A program made the translations under genes and the position numbers. From the NCBI GenBank assembly GCA_017608345.1, contig JAFCGA010000001.1:171036-235035 (forward strand): a DNA stretch of 64,000 nucleotides, given 5' to 3'. Every line of letters begins with the position of its first letter. Within the stretch, counting starts at the first letter, position 1. A model generated the notes under the pieces. It was not told the DNA's origin and did not search any database. It saw only the letters and a list, made by a program, of their open reading frames with translations. Of this stretch, positions 29,113-38,516 are shown one piece after another. The stretch is from Candidatus Pacearchaeota archaeon. Lineage in GTDB: Archaea; Nanobdellota; Nanobdellia; UBA10117; JAFCGA01.

Positions 29113-29679
29113 AGCCGAGACTTCCAGTGAATTATTCTGAGCATTTCCAAGTTGATTCTTCTGAAACTCGGTATTGAAGGAATTATCCAAATAGTCTGCT
29201 TTATCCAGAATGTGCTCTTCCATGTCATTGATGTGTAGAGCATCGATTCGGTAAGAAGGGTTCTCCTTTGAAACTCTCTCAACACCTTCGACAATTCTGT
29301 CTCCGCCAACTAGGAAGATGTCATACTTATGACATATTTCCCCTGCCATCTGGATGTGTTCTAAAAAGGGTGCAGAATTTGGGGGAAGGTTTCTATAGAG
29401 CTTAGTATGTGCTTCTGTGAGAGGGGCCTGGGATCTAAGAAATACTGCTTGGCAGCCACTTAATGTGCTGATAATATCTAGTAAAGTTTTTTCAGGCAAT
29501 CTGAATGGAGTGCGATTTGTGGATATCTTAACATGCCGTCTAAAATCGCTCTCTGTTGGATCTATCTCAATATCTACATAAGATTGTCTAAAGCTTTCGT
29601 GTGGTAATCTCTGCGCTCCTCTTTTCTGCTCTTCTTCAAAACAATAATTCAAAGTATCGGCGATATGAAATGGTTTCAT
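29101..29679 (-). CDS. Hypothetical protein
   Basis: 192-aa ORF; TATA-like ttcttaaatatcc upstream; no family recognised. Confidence 0.5.
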   Translation of the reverse strand: MKPFHIADTLNYCFEEEQKRGAQRLPHESFRQSYVDIEIDPTESDFRRHVKISTNRTPFRLPEKTLLDIISTLSGCQAVFLRSQAPLTEAHTKLYRNLPPNSAPFLEHIQMAGEICHKYDIFLVGGDRIVEGVERVSKENPSYRIDALHINDMEEHILDKADYLDNSFNTEFQKNQLGNAQNNSLEVSALEL

Positions 29680-29713
29680 TTTAGAATCTGCTCTGTTTAG
29701 GATATTTAAGAAT

Positions 29714-30094
29714 TTATATTCCCAAGAGTAGCATCTCTCCGATAGCTTTGTTGACTTCCCGCTGCGGCTCGAGAGCGTTACTAAGGTCTAAGTTTCTAAT
29801 TCTATTATCTAGATGATCTATGTGCTTCTGGTTGCCGTAGTGTAAATACAGAATCTTGTTTTCGTGTTGTCTTTCGATCATGTCTAAGTTCATTATAAAC
29901 TTATCATGGTTTATAACAACTAATGGAAAGCTAGTTCTGCCGAGCATGTCATTCATTAAGACCGGATTATAGGGCAAAGTTGTAATCAGCTGGTCCAGAA
30001 ATACTGGCACATAAGGAATGTTCTCTTGCTTTTTGTAGATCTTGTTTTCTTCATATCCGCCGAGAATAAATAGAACTCCGGGGAGTTCTGCCAT
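29714..30094 (-). CDS. Hypothetical protein
   Basis: 126-aa ORF; shares a TATA-like box (30114-30125) with the divergent 30145 gene. Confidence 0.5.
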   Translation of the reverse strand: MAELPGVLFILGGYEENKIYKKQENIPYVPVFLDQLITTLPYNPVLMNDMLGRTSFPLVVINHDKFIMNLDMIERQHENKILYLHYGNQKHIDHLDNRIRNLDLSNALEPQREVNKAIGEMLLLGI

Positions 30095-30144
30095 ACTATT
30101 TGCTAATTCTAAAGCTTTTTAAGACTTACCCGAAAGCAAAGAAC

Positions 30145-30546
30145 ATGGGAAGAGTCATTAAATGCAGCTGGAGAAGTACGGATTTGGAAGGTCTAGAGCG
30201 GACCCTTGGCGGACCAGCGCATCCGAATATAAACGCAGATCTACGCGAGGATACCCACAAATACATAGACAAAGGCAAGGTTGTCGAAGAGAAATTCTAT
30301 AACTTAGTTGTAAATTCGCCTAACATCGAGGCTATTTTTGATGAAGAAGGGGGAGTAGATGCTAAGTATGCTATTAAGCTGAAGGATTTTCAAGAGGCGG
30401 ATCTTGATCTAACGAGCTTTATTCATAAGGCAGGCTACACGCATGATCATAATCGAAAACACCTTAGAGCGGTGCTGGTTCTGGGCGGACTGAGCACAGC
30501 TATAGCTGCGGGTTTAGGAGCTTATGCTTATTTTTCTGGAATATAG
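30145..30546 (+). CDS. Tail-anchored hypothetical protein (paralog of 46590-46976)
   Basis: ATG 30145 about 20 nt after TATA-like gctttttaagac; shares NIEAIFDEE / GYTHD / C-terminal Gly/Ala-rich TM helix with the 46590 product. Confidence 0.55.
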   Translation: MGRVIKCSWRSTDLEGLERTLGGPAHPNINADLREDTHKYIDKGKVVEEKFYNLVVNSPNIEAIFDEEGGVDAKYAIKLKDFQEADLDLTSFIHKAGYTHDHNRKHLRAVLVLGGLSTAIAAGLGAYAYFSGI

Positions 30547-30552
30547 GTTGAT

Positions 30553-31185
30553 ATGACAAATAAACTGGTCAGACCGTTTATGGGAGCAGATCGTCTGCCG
30601 CATTATTCTCTCTGGAGTAAATCCGATTTGCTGGAAAAAGGTGATCTTAAGCAACAGCAGCTGGAGTATGAGATAAATAACAAATACGGATTTATTCATT
30701 CGGGTCACAGTAGGACTTTTACTTTGCATCCGAAGGCGCTATTCTATCGCGCTGAATCTAAGGGTAATAATTTCATTGGATTATCTCAATCTGAGCTTTT
30801 GATTTTCAATCCAGAGTTATCTGCAAGCATCTTTGATAAGGTCTGCGAGCTTGAGATAGGATCTACTGGCGCAGATTTATTTGCTATTGTTTCAGATATA
30901 GATTCAAAGAGTTTGCATAAGTTCGAGCCCATGGATTTTGAAACGCCGCAGGGAGTAGTGCCTTTTGCAGATACGTTTATGAACAGCAGTTATGAGCTCG
31001 TGATAGCGAAGATTGTACATTACAGTCAGGAAGCTGATCGTTGGGTTCCGCTGGCGCGGGAGAGCGTTAGTGATAAGCTAACTAAAAAGATGATTTCTCG
31101 TGATTTTCTGAGTATGACAGACGACGGTCTGGAGATTACTCAGAAGGCGCTTATGCGGTTAGCTAATCGGTATTTGCGGAAGTAA
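30553..31185 (+). CDS. Hypothetical protein
   Basis: 210-aa ORF starting 6 nt after the 30145 gene stop (likely co-transcribed); no family recognised. Confidence 0.5.
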   Translation: MTNKLVRPFMGADRLPHYSLWSKSDLLEKGDLKQQQLEYEINNKYGFIHSGHSRTFTLHPKALFYRAESKGNNFIGLSQSELLIFNPELSASIFDKVCELEIGSTGADLFAIVSDIDSKSLHKFEPMDFETPQGVVPFADTFMNSSYELVIAKIVHYSQEADRWVPLARESVSDKLTKKMISRDFLSMTDDGLEITQKALMRLANRYLRK

Positions 31186-31218
31186 ACCACTAACAATTTA
31201 AAAAAAGAAAAGGAGTTA

Positions 31219-32094
31219 TTACTCCTCAAATAACTTGCTCAGTCCGCGTGGTAATTTCTTTATGAAGCTAATGATCTTGTCTAAAAGACTGTCGGCTTCG
31301 TCAGCTCTTTCGCTCAGTCCCTGAACTTGTTCCTGCAAATCAGTAAGCTCATCCTGAAGCTCGCAAACATCTGCACAATCTTCGTCCATGCAGTCTACTA
31401 ATTCATCTTCATCATTATCAATTCCGTCTCTGCAATTAAATTCGCCGCTAATCGGGGCAGTAGGTGGTGCCTCTCCGCATGAGAGCCTATTCCCAGCAGA
31501 ATCAACAAAATGAATATCGTCTACAACAATATGACCCCAACCGCCAGTATCTGTATCAATTATCTTCATGTAAACTTCTTGTCCTGCGTAATTTGCGACG
31601 TTCTGGGTTCTCAGATACCACGTTGGATTGTCTGCTCCGTTAAAGTCTGCTAGAAGACTATTATCGCTAGCAAGATAAAGATTCAACTTCAAATTAGAAG
31701 ATCTTCCTGCTGTAATCCATGCTCTGAACTCATTAGTATTTTGCGGTAAAGTAAATGTGTCTGATTTAATTTCACTTGTTCTTTGATCTTCTGTCCCAGA
31801 AGCTCCACTAGTGCATGAACTTTCAGCTGCTGTTTCATATAAACGAGACCCTTCATGAGGCTGAACATTATCAGAAGCACAAGTAGCTACTTTCGCATTA
31901 GATCCGCCACTTATTACTGTCCATCCAGTTAAATCTCCAGTTTCAAAGCCAAGATTAGTGCAAATAGCTGGCAAAGGAACAGCTACTCCATAACTTCCCC
32001 CGCTGCCTTCGCTTGGTTCAGAAATAACTACTGCACCTGTCGCAGGTATAAACAGTAAACAAATGGCGATACTTATAATTAATAGTTTTTTCAT
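31219..32094 (-). CDS. Secreted protein with beta-sandwich-like domain, Asp/Cys-rich metal-binding-like motif and coiled-coil tail
   Basis: 291 aa; signal peptide; GFETGDLTGWTV and GWGHIVVDDIHF segments; CRDGIDNDEDELVDCMDEDC motif; function unknown. Confidence 0.5.
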   Translation of the reverse strand: MKKLLIISIAICLLFIPATGAVVISEPSEGSGGSYGVAVPLPAICTNLGFETGDLTGWTVISGGSNAKVATCASDNVQPHEGSRLYETAAESSCTSGASGTEDQRTSEIKSDTFTLPQNTNEFRAWITAGRSSNLKLNLYLASDNSLLADFNGADNPTWYLRTQNVANYAGQEVYMKIIDTDTGGWGHIVVDDIHFVDSAGNRLSCGEAPPTAPISGEFNCRDGIDNDEDELVDCMDEDCADVCELQDELTDLQEQVQGLSERADEADSLLDKIISFIKKLPRGLSKLFEE

Positions 32095-32165
32095 AAAAAT
32101 ACCTCTATTTTAATATACATTGAAAATATTTAAGACTTGTTAGACTACAGGAGAGTAGATTAAGA

Positions 32166-32585
32166 TTATTTCTCGCCTTCTGTTGCCTCAGCCTCTTTCA
32201 TCTGAAGAAGTAAACCACTAACTACTGCTTCTCCAGTAAGTCGACTAATTCCCACTCCCAGCGGACGCCCGGAATAATTCACGTGAGGACAAACTAGAGA
32301 AATTTCATCTCCGTATTCTTGTTTTAAACATATCTTTGCTATTGCTATATGTAGACTATCGGGAATATAAAAATCGTGATCAAACGGGTCAAATTCTGCG
32401 TTGAATCTCCCTTCTAATCCTTCTACAATGAATGCTTTATGTGGCCAGTCCAGCACATCCTCATTTGGCCCTAATTTCTTGCTTTCTTCTAATTGAAAAT
32501 CACTAAGAGTAGAAAAAGTCTGATATTTAACCTCAACCATAGCTGCTACTCTATCTGATGCGAGAGTATATTCTATCTCTACCAT
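32166..32585 (-). CDS. Hypothetical protein
   Basis: 139-aa ORF; no family recognised. Confidence 0.5.
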   Translation of the reverse strand: MVEIEYTLASDRVAAMVEVKYQTFSTLSDFQLEESKKLGPNEDVLDWPHKAFIVEGLEGRFNAEFDPFDHDFYIPDSLHIAIAKICLKQEYGDEISLVCPHVNYSGRPLGVGISRLTGEAVVSGLLLQMKEAEATEGEK

Positions 32586-32645
32586 AATCTTACTTACAAA
32601 GAAAAGCTAAAAAAACTTGGGATTTGGGTCTGCTAGTGAAGGATG

Positions 32646-33101
32646 TCATCTCAAACTCTTTTCATTAAGTTTTCTTAATATCGGATAAATTCTCCGTAAG
32701 AAAGCTATAACTTTCTCTGCGTACTCTTTATCTAGTATATTTCCATAATAGAGCATGCCGTTTCTAAAATATCTTATCTGATCTGCAAATTGAACATCCT
32801 TCTCCTTGATGCCTAAGACACGCAGATATGATACCTCCGCTGCATGCGCACCGTTCCCTATCGCATTGTATCCGTCTAGGAGCATTTTCGCTCTTATGGA
32901 TTCCATAAAAATATCATAGCAGTTTTTAATGATATTATTTATACTATTGTCTTTAATTCCTATTTTTTCTAGTAGCTCCAATAAGAAGCTATAGTTTTTA
33001 TCTGACTCTTGAATGAGAAACTTCGCCCGTGATTTATCTGGAGCTCTTTTTCTAACAGTATCTGACCTTATGAATTCGTTGAACTTCTTTACTATTCTCA
33101 T
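32646..33101 (-). CDS. HEPN-domain protein (putative toxin of HEPN-MNT pair)
   Basis: 151-aa helical ORF whose ATG overlaps the stop of the MNT gene (ATGA). Contains ..IRYFRNGMLYYG.., an RN-type HEPN motif with Tyr where His is expected. Confidence 0.6.
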   Translation of the reverse strand: MRIVKKFNEFIRSDTVRKRAPDKSRAKFLIQESDKNYSFLLELLEKIGIKDNSINNIIKNCYDIFMESIRAKMLLDGYNAIGNGAHAAEVSYLRVLGIKEKDVQFADQIRYFRNGMLYYGNILDKEYAEKVIAFLRRIYPILRKLNEKSLR

Positions 33102-33643
33102 AACTCGACGCCTCCTGCGAGGATGATTCCATTGAATAGATTTTCTCTTAGGTGTTTATGAATTTTATTAAAAGACGTATAGAAGTTGATTCTTATTGTT
33201 CTTTCTAATAGTTTATCGAACTTAGTTAGATTGAGTTGTTTTTCTTTTCTTCCGATTGCAGCTATATCTATATCCGAAGTTATAATATCTTCTCCCCGAG
33301 AGTAAGAACCAAAGAGGATTATGGTTGCTCCTGCTAGCTCTTTTTCAAGGAAATCTGCTAGTCCAGATTCATAGATTTGTCTTAGATTATCTGCGCGCTT
33401 TAGTTGTGTTGTTTTAGGATTATCTCTATTCAGAGTTATAGTGTTTAAGTTTATTACCTTATCTCTTTGTATATTTATTAGATCTGCTTTTTCTAGGTCT
33501 TTTGTAGCTTTAGCTATTGCTGTTGGAGAGACACTTAGAAATCTAGCTATTGCTCTCTGATTTAGCTTAGAGCCTGCTTTTATGATCAGGAGTCTTAGGA
33601 TTTCTGACTGTAATCTTGTAAACTTAAGTTTATACATGTCCAT
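33098..33643 (-). CDS. wHTH + minimal nucleotidyltransferase (MNT) protein (putative antitoxin)
   Basis: 181 aa; N-terminal MarR-like wHTH (LNQRAIARFLSVSPTAIAKATKDLEKADLI), then the NTase motif LFGSYSRGEDIITSDIDI. Confidence 0.75.
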   Translation of the reverse strand: MDMYKLKFTRLQSEILRLLIIKAGSKLNQRAIARFLSVSPTAIAKATKDLEKADLINIQRDKVINLNTITLNRDNPKTTQLKRADNLRQIYESGLADFLEKELAGATIILFGSYSRGEDIITSDIDIAAIGRKEKQLNLTKFDKLLERTIRINFYTSFNKIHKHLRENLFNGIILAGGVEL

Positions 33644-33677
33644 TATAGTTTATACGTGTAAACTATAGTTTATAAAG
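33644..33677 (-). promoter_or_regulatory. Candidate operator (9-bp perfect inverted repeat) and TATA box of the MNT-HEPN operon
   Basis: tatagttta (33644-33652) / taaactata (33659-33667) with 6-nt spacer tacgtg, immediately upstream of ATG 33643; TATA-like tttataaag at 33669-33677. Confidence 0.5.
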
Positions 33678-33932
33678 ATTATTATTTGAACGCTAGTTTC
33701 TATTAGACTATCGATGGAGAGTTCATTTCCTTAGCTATTAAGTTAATGGCTCCGAGTGCTAGCTTGTAGAGCTGAAAGATTATCTGAGGTGAGAACTAGT
33801 TCTAGAAGTACAGGAAAATTATTAAAACGCATAGAACCGCAGCGGCTCCCTTCATAATCCAAACTACTTTCTTTTTCATTATTTCTTTGATAGCTGTTGG
33901 GAATTATAAGGGTTTTTGTTAAGTAAGGGCGA

Positions 33933-34328
33933 CTAATACTCACGGTCTAGAGCTTCATTTGCGAGTTCATCTGCTCTTTGAATGAATTCATTAGTTCTTG
34001 GCCGGTGGGTGTAGGTTACTTCGTCATAGAATTTCTCTTGCTCTTTTACTAACGTTGCTAGGGCTCTTAACTTGTCGGCTTTTATTTTGTATTTGCCGCT
34101 TAGCTGACGTACAACTAGTTCGCTGTCTGAGAAGATACTTACTTTCTTGGTGAACTTAGTTCCGAGCTCTAATGCTTTGATTATTGCGCGATATTCTGCT
34201 CGATTATTTGTAGCTTTACCAATACATTCTTTGTGTTCGGCGATGATTTTACCTTGATCTAGGATTACTATTCCTATTGCAGCTATTCCTGGGTTCCCTC
34301 TGCAGGCTCCGTCTGTGTAGATTTTCAT
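33933..34328 (-). CDS. rnhA: Ribonuclease HI
   Basis: MKIYTDGACRGNPG..NNRAEYRA..FSDSELVV..ADELAN (DEDD residues). ATG 34328 about 26 nt after TATA-like cttttaac; the longer ORF-track version overlaps the upstream gene. Confidence 0.85.
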   Translation of the reverse strand: MKIYTDGACRGNPGIAAIGIVILDQGKIIAEHKECIGKATNNRAEYRAIIKALELGTKFTKKVSIFSDSELVVRQLSGKYKIKADKLRALATLVKEQEKFYDEVTYTHRPRTNEFIQRADELANEALDREY

Positions 34329-34425
34329 GGTGTTGCTAAGTAAGAAGGGGGTTAAAAGGGTTGGCTTGGGTTTGGGTGTTTGCTTTTTGGTTATTGCTGC
34401 GGTGCGGGGTTTGAAAATTAGATGT

Positions 34426-36030
34426 TTAAGGGTTTGTCTTAGAAACACGCGGCGGATAATGAATAATTTTAAATACGAAAGCTCCGCGCGCATGAGAGCA
34501 ATCTGCAACAGTCTGATCTGCAGATATTAAAGCAAGCCCATTATTCCTTGCTATCAGATCATACAATTTCTTATCGGCATCAAAAGGCCGTGTAATTTCG
34601 TACTCTCTATGAAGCAACTTTATGCGTCCATTCTGTTCTAACTCCTTAAGCCGTTCCAATTCCTTCAGCGCGCCTCGCTTTTTTGATAAGGCGATCGTAT
34701 CTATCTCATCTATTATCTTAGTCGGAATAACGAGACAAGAATTCTCAAATATCGGCGTAGGAGATAAAGATAGATCTTTACTCACAATCCCGATGACATA
34801 TGCATTAGTATCGCATAGTAAATAATCGAATGCTGCTTCCTTGGGATTAAGAAGGATTTCATTAACACAACTTGCGCAGTAATAGCTAAGTTTATTTTCA
34901 TTTTTATTATAATACGCTAATATCTTGCTGATATTCTGCTTACAGCTGGGACATGACACACTCAGAGTAGCAAATTTTTTTGGAAATGATTGCTCGACTT
35001 GTTTTACATTTGCCCAGTTCTTCCTCACAAAATCAGGAAATTCAAACGTTGGATAACGCTCTCGGAAAGCCTTTAGCCAATCAATCGCTTGAGAATTATT
35101 CGCACCTTTTCCGAAACTAATAAATCCTCCATTAAGAGGGAACCGATTCTGCTCTTCTAATTCCCTGACCCTACTTATTCGTATTTGCCTAGCAACAATT
35201 GATGCTAGTTTAGTAGCAGTTATTTCACTGTCTAGCGCTGCTTGGCAAAGATTCGCTATACCCCTCCGCTCTAATTTATCTAGATGATCTTTTAATTCGT
35301 TGGAGATACCATAATTATCTATCGCTAGCAAATAATCCTTATTCATAACTCCAGAATATTTTCTGATTAGCCGCACATAAGCAAGATCCATTAATCTGTT
35401 TAGATTAAAGGAACTAGTGGATATCTTAATTGCTGACAGAATCAGGTATTCTATTCTAATTCCATTCTGTTTCAAAATATTCGCATAATAGTTCAATTCC
35501 TTAAACGATAGAGTTTTTATATTCGGTTTAATCTCTTCGAATATATGTACCTTTGATTTGGGTAGCAATACTGAACCGAAAACAAGCGGCCCGAAAGGTT
35601 CACCTTTTCCCGCTTCATCAAAACCAATAATATACTCTTTCTTTAGATATAATTCATCTTCATTTATTGAGCGTGCATGAGACAAAGTACTTGCCGGCTC
35701 AGCAGAAGTCGCTACTTTAGTTAACAAAGAATTAATTGAATTGAAAAGCTCGCAATCTTTACCCTGCAGCAAGCAACGGCCAGTTCCATAAAAGATAATC
35801 GTTGACTTATTCTTATTCTCAATTACACTAATTCTAGCGAGTATATTTTGAGTTTCATCTTCAGTCTCTGAGAGTATATTAAATTCATTCTTAACTGACT
35901 CTTTAATCTTATCCAAGTCCTTAAGCGTATAATAGAATGTTGCTGAACTCATGTTAATTGGATAAGAAAAAGCAGCACTAATGGCATCATAACTTTCAGC
36001 AACCTCAGCGATTGAACCCTTTCGGGGCAT
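34426..36030 (-). CDS. RNase HIII-like protein fused to a zinc ribbon and a PIN domain
   Basis: 534 aa. N-terminal ..TIIFYGTGRCLLQGKD (RNase HIII N-domain-like); GFDEAGKGEPFGPLV, AIDNYG, ALDSE..ASIVAR (RNase HII/HIII core); CPSC..CASC ribbon; C-terminal LLCDTNAY..IIDEID..ISADQ (PIN acidic residues). Confidence 0.55.
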   Translation of the reverse strand: MPRKGSIAEVAESYDAISAAFSYPINMSSATFYYTLKDLDKIKESVKNEFNILSETEDETQNILARISVIENKNKSTIIFYGTGRCLLQGKDCELFNSINSLLTKVATSAEPASTLSHARSINEDELYLKKEYIIGFDEAGKGEPFGPLVFGSVLLPKSKVHIFEEIKPNIKTLSFKELNYYANILKQNGIRIEYLILSAIKISTSSFNLNRLMDLAYVRLIRKYSGVMNKDYLLAIDNYGISNELKDHLDKLERRGIANLCQAALDSEITATKLASIVARQIRISRVRELEEQNRFPLNGGFISFGKGANNSQAIDWLKAFRERYPTFEFPDFVRKNWANVKQVEQSFPKKFATLSVSCPSCKQNISKILAYYNKNENKLSYYCASCVNEILLNPKEAAFDYLLCDTNAYVIGIVSKDLSLSPTPIFENSCLVIPTKIIDEIDTIALSKKRGALKELERLKELEQNGRIKLLHREYEITRPFDADKKLYDLIARNNGLALISADQTVADCSHARGAFVFKIIHYPPRVSKTNP

Positions 36031-36221
36031 CCAGTTTATCCGCCATCATACCAAACTGCTACTTTTACTAAACTAGGCCTCCTATTTAATAGTTTGTCTA
36101 GTGATCAAGTAGTTATTAGTTATAACTACTAATATATTGTATCATATAATTCTCAAAACTAAAGAAGAGGATATCTTCGGACAACTCTTCAGGTTCTACG
36201 TAGAATTAATAACTTTTTGTA

Positions 36222-38516
36222 CTAAAAACCAACAGCGAATAAATGCTCTTGGAAATTAATAAATGTCTCTCGTATTTCATTAACTCCCCCTAGCACTTCA
36301 ATTGCGTCATTTATTGCTTGATATTTTATTTTTAGGAGAGCCGGTAATTTCTCTTCTTCTAATTCTTCAATACCTACTTCAATGTATTTGGATAAAACAA
36401 ATTCTAAGAATTCTTTTTGATTATTATCTAACGATGCAAATATATTTGATTGTGCTTTAGCAACCCTCTCTTCTCTTGAAATTGGCTTAATTGCAAAAGA
36501 AATGTATTCTAAAACATCAAATATATCGCTGTTTTCTGCATTTATTAATTGCTGTAACGTTTTTAGTTCATTCATGCCATAACCTGCATCTTCTAATTTT
36601 TTGAGAAGTGCTTTTCTAGTTTTTGGATCAGACCATATCTTTCTAAGCTCTTCTTCATCTTTGAAGAAATCAGGCAATTTACCATATATATTTTGTAAAA
36701 ATTCTTCTGCGGAGATTGGTTTTCCATCCGCACTCCAAAAGGATGTTTGAGTCATATGTTGAATTTCTCTTTCTTTTCCATCTCTTAATCTAATCTTTAG
36801 TTTTTTCTTTTTTGGCTTATCTTCTTCACCATCTCCATATGGTGGTGTTTGCGTTCTAACAACGGGAGGTTTTGGATCAGTTGGTTCAGGGTCTAAGGGT
36901 TCACCATCCCATTCAGGATCATTAAAATGTTGGTAAGCATCAACAAAATCATAAATAGTAAAGAATTCTTTTCCTTCAAATAATCTCGTTCCACGCCCAA
37001 CTATTTGTTTAAACTCGATTATAGACTTAATTGGTCGCATTAAGATGATATTACGTATATTTCTTGCATCAACGCCTGTTGAAAGCTTTTGTGAAGTAGT
37101 GAGAATTGTAGGTATTGTTTTTTCATTATCTCTAAATTCGCTTAGGTATTGTTCCCCCAGTTTACCATCATTTGCAGTAACACGCACACAATAAAGTGGG
37201 TCTTTGCTTTCCTTGTATTGATTGATTAAGTCTCTTACAGCAAGCGCATGGTCTTGTGTCGCACAAAAAACAATGGCTTTTTCTTTTTGATTGATTTCTT
37301 TCATGAATTGTTTTACTCGATCAGCTTCCCGTCCCTTAATCTCAATTATTTTGTTAAAATCTGCTTCTTGGTATATTTTTCCAGTTTCTGCTTCACCTTC
37401 AATTATTTTATCTTCAGGAGTATAAGTATAATCATCCATAGTTGATTTGATTCTTCTAACTTTGAAAGGGGTTAGGAAACCGTCATTAATTCCTTCTTTT
37501 AATGAATAAACATATAGCGGCTCTCCGAAATATTTGTAAGTATCAACATTGTCTTTTCTTTTTGGAGTTGCTGTAAGACCTAATTGGACTGCTGGTGAGA
37601 AGTATTCCATGATTCCTCGCCAATTCCCTTCATCATTGGCTCCACCTCGATGACATTCATCTATAATTATTAAATCAAAATAGTCTTTAGGGTATTCTCC
37701 AAAATAAGGTGTATCGTTTGGACCACACATGAAGGTTTGAAATATAGTGAAGAAAATGCTGCCATTTGTAGGTACTTTTCCCTTCTTTTTTATTTCATTA
37801 GGTCTAATTCTTACCAAAGCATCTTCTGGAAATGCTGAGAACTCGTTAAAAGCTTGATTTGCGAGAATATTTCTATCTGTTAGGAACAGAATTCTAGGCC
37901 TTCTTGTTCCATCCCGTTTTAAGTTCCACCTAGCATGAAATAACTTCCAAGCAATTTGAAAAGCAATAGTTGTCTTTCCTGTGCCTGTTGCTAGGGTTAA
38001 GAGTAGTCTGTTTTTGTTTTCTGCAATAGCATCTAAAACTTTATTTGTAGCAATTTCTTGAAAGAAGTAAGGTTCATATATTCCTCCCCTCGGAACTGCA
38101 TTAAATTTCTCTTTCCAATCATCTTGCTTTTGGAATGTTTTATTCCATAATTCGTCAGGCGTTGGAAATTCTTTTATTAATCCTTCTTCTCCTGTTTCCA
38201 TACACATTTGGTATATTTCTTTACCATTAGACGCAAATGTAGTTTGTAGATGTAGTTTTAATGCATAATCTTTAGCTTGTCCTACACCTTCACCAACTTC
38301 CTTTTCATCACTTTTAGCTTCCATGGCTGCAAGTTTTCTTCCTTTGTAAACTAAAACGTAATCAGCAAAGAGCGGTTTTGCTCTTCCTCTGCCTGTTTGA
38401 AGCTTTCCTTTAGTAATTGGATGTTCTCTGAGTATTTTGGAGCCTTCTATATCTCCCCAACCCGCTTCTTTTAGCTTAGGATCAATAAGCTCTGCTCGTG
38501 TTTGTGCTTCGTTCAT
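36222..38516 (-). CDS. hsdR: Type I restriction enzyme, R subunit
   Basis: 764 aa; N-terminal MNEAQTRAELIDPKLKEAGW, helicase motifs LATGTGKT, IIDECHRGG, QIVGRGTR; EcoEI-like C-terminal domain. Confidence 0.92.
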   Translation of the reverse strand: MNEAQTRAELIDPKLKEAGWGDIEGSKILREHPITKGKLQTGRGRAKPLFADYVLVYKGRKLAAMEAKSDEKEVGEGVGQAKDYALKLHLQTTFASNGKEIYQMCMETGEEGLIKEFPTPDELWNKTFQKQDDWKEKFNAVPRGGIYEPYFFQEIATNKVLDAIAENKNRLLLTLATGTGKTTIAFQIAWKLFHARWNLKRDGTRRPRILFLTDRNILANQAFNEFSAFPEDALVRIRPNEIKKKGKVPTNGSIFFTIFQTFMCGPNDTPYFGEYPKDYFDLIIIDECHRGGANDEGNWRGIMEYFSPAVQLGLTATPKRKDNVDTYKYFGEPLYVYSLKEGINDGFLTPFKVRRIKSTMDDYTYTPEDKIIEGEAETGKIYQEADFNKIIEIKGREADRVKQFMKEINQKEKAIVFCATQDHALAVRDLINQYKESKDPLYCVRVTANDGKLGEQYLSEFRDNEKTIPTILTTSQKLSTGVDARNIRNIILMRPIKSIIEFKQIVGRGTRLFEGKEFFTIYDFVDAYQHFNDPEWDGEPLDPEPTDPKPPVVRTQTPPYGDGEEDKPKKKKLKIRLRDGKEREIQHMTQTSFWSADGKPISAEEFLQNIYGKLPDFFKDEEELRKIWSDPKTRKALLKKLEDAGYGMNELKTLQQLINAENSDIFDVLEYISFAIKPISREERVAKAQSNIFASLDNNQKEFLEFVLSKYIEVGIEELEEEKLPALLKIKYQAINDAIEVLGGVNEIRETFINFQEHLFAVGF

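Noticed and set aside
33743-34508. ORF 33743-33943, and the 60-aa N-terminal extension of the RNase HI ORF up to 34508
   Set aside because: The extension overlaps the upstream gene and lacks homology, whereas RNase HI homologs start at MKIYTDGA and a TATA-like box precedes it. The 33743 ORF has no promoter or motif. A 25-aa TM peptide in another frame (33801-33878) was noted but is unsupported.
36109-36131. 9-bp inverted repeat agtagttat-N5-ataactact between the RNase HIII-like gene and hsdR
   Set aside because: It could be an operator or terminator, but an AT-rich palindrome of this size is not clearly above chance in this genome.
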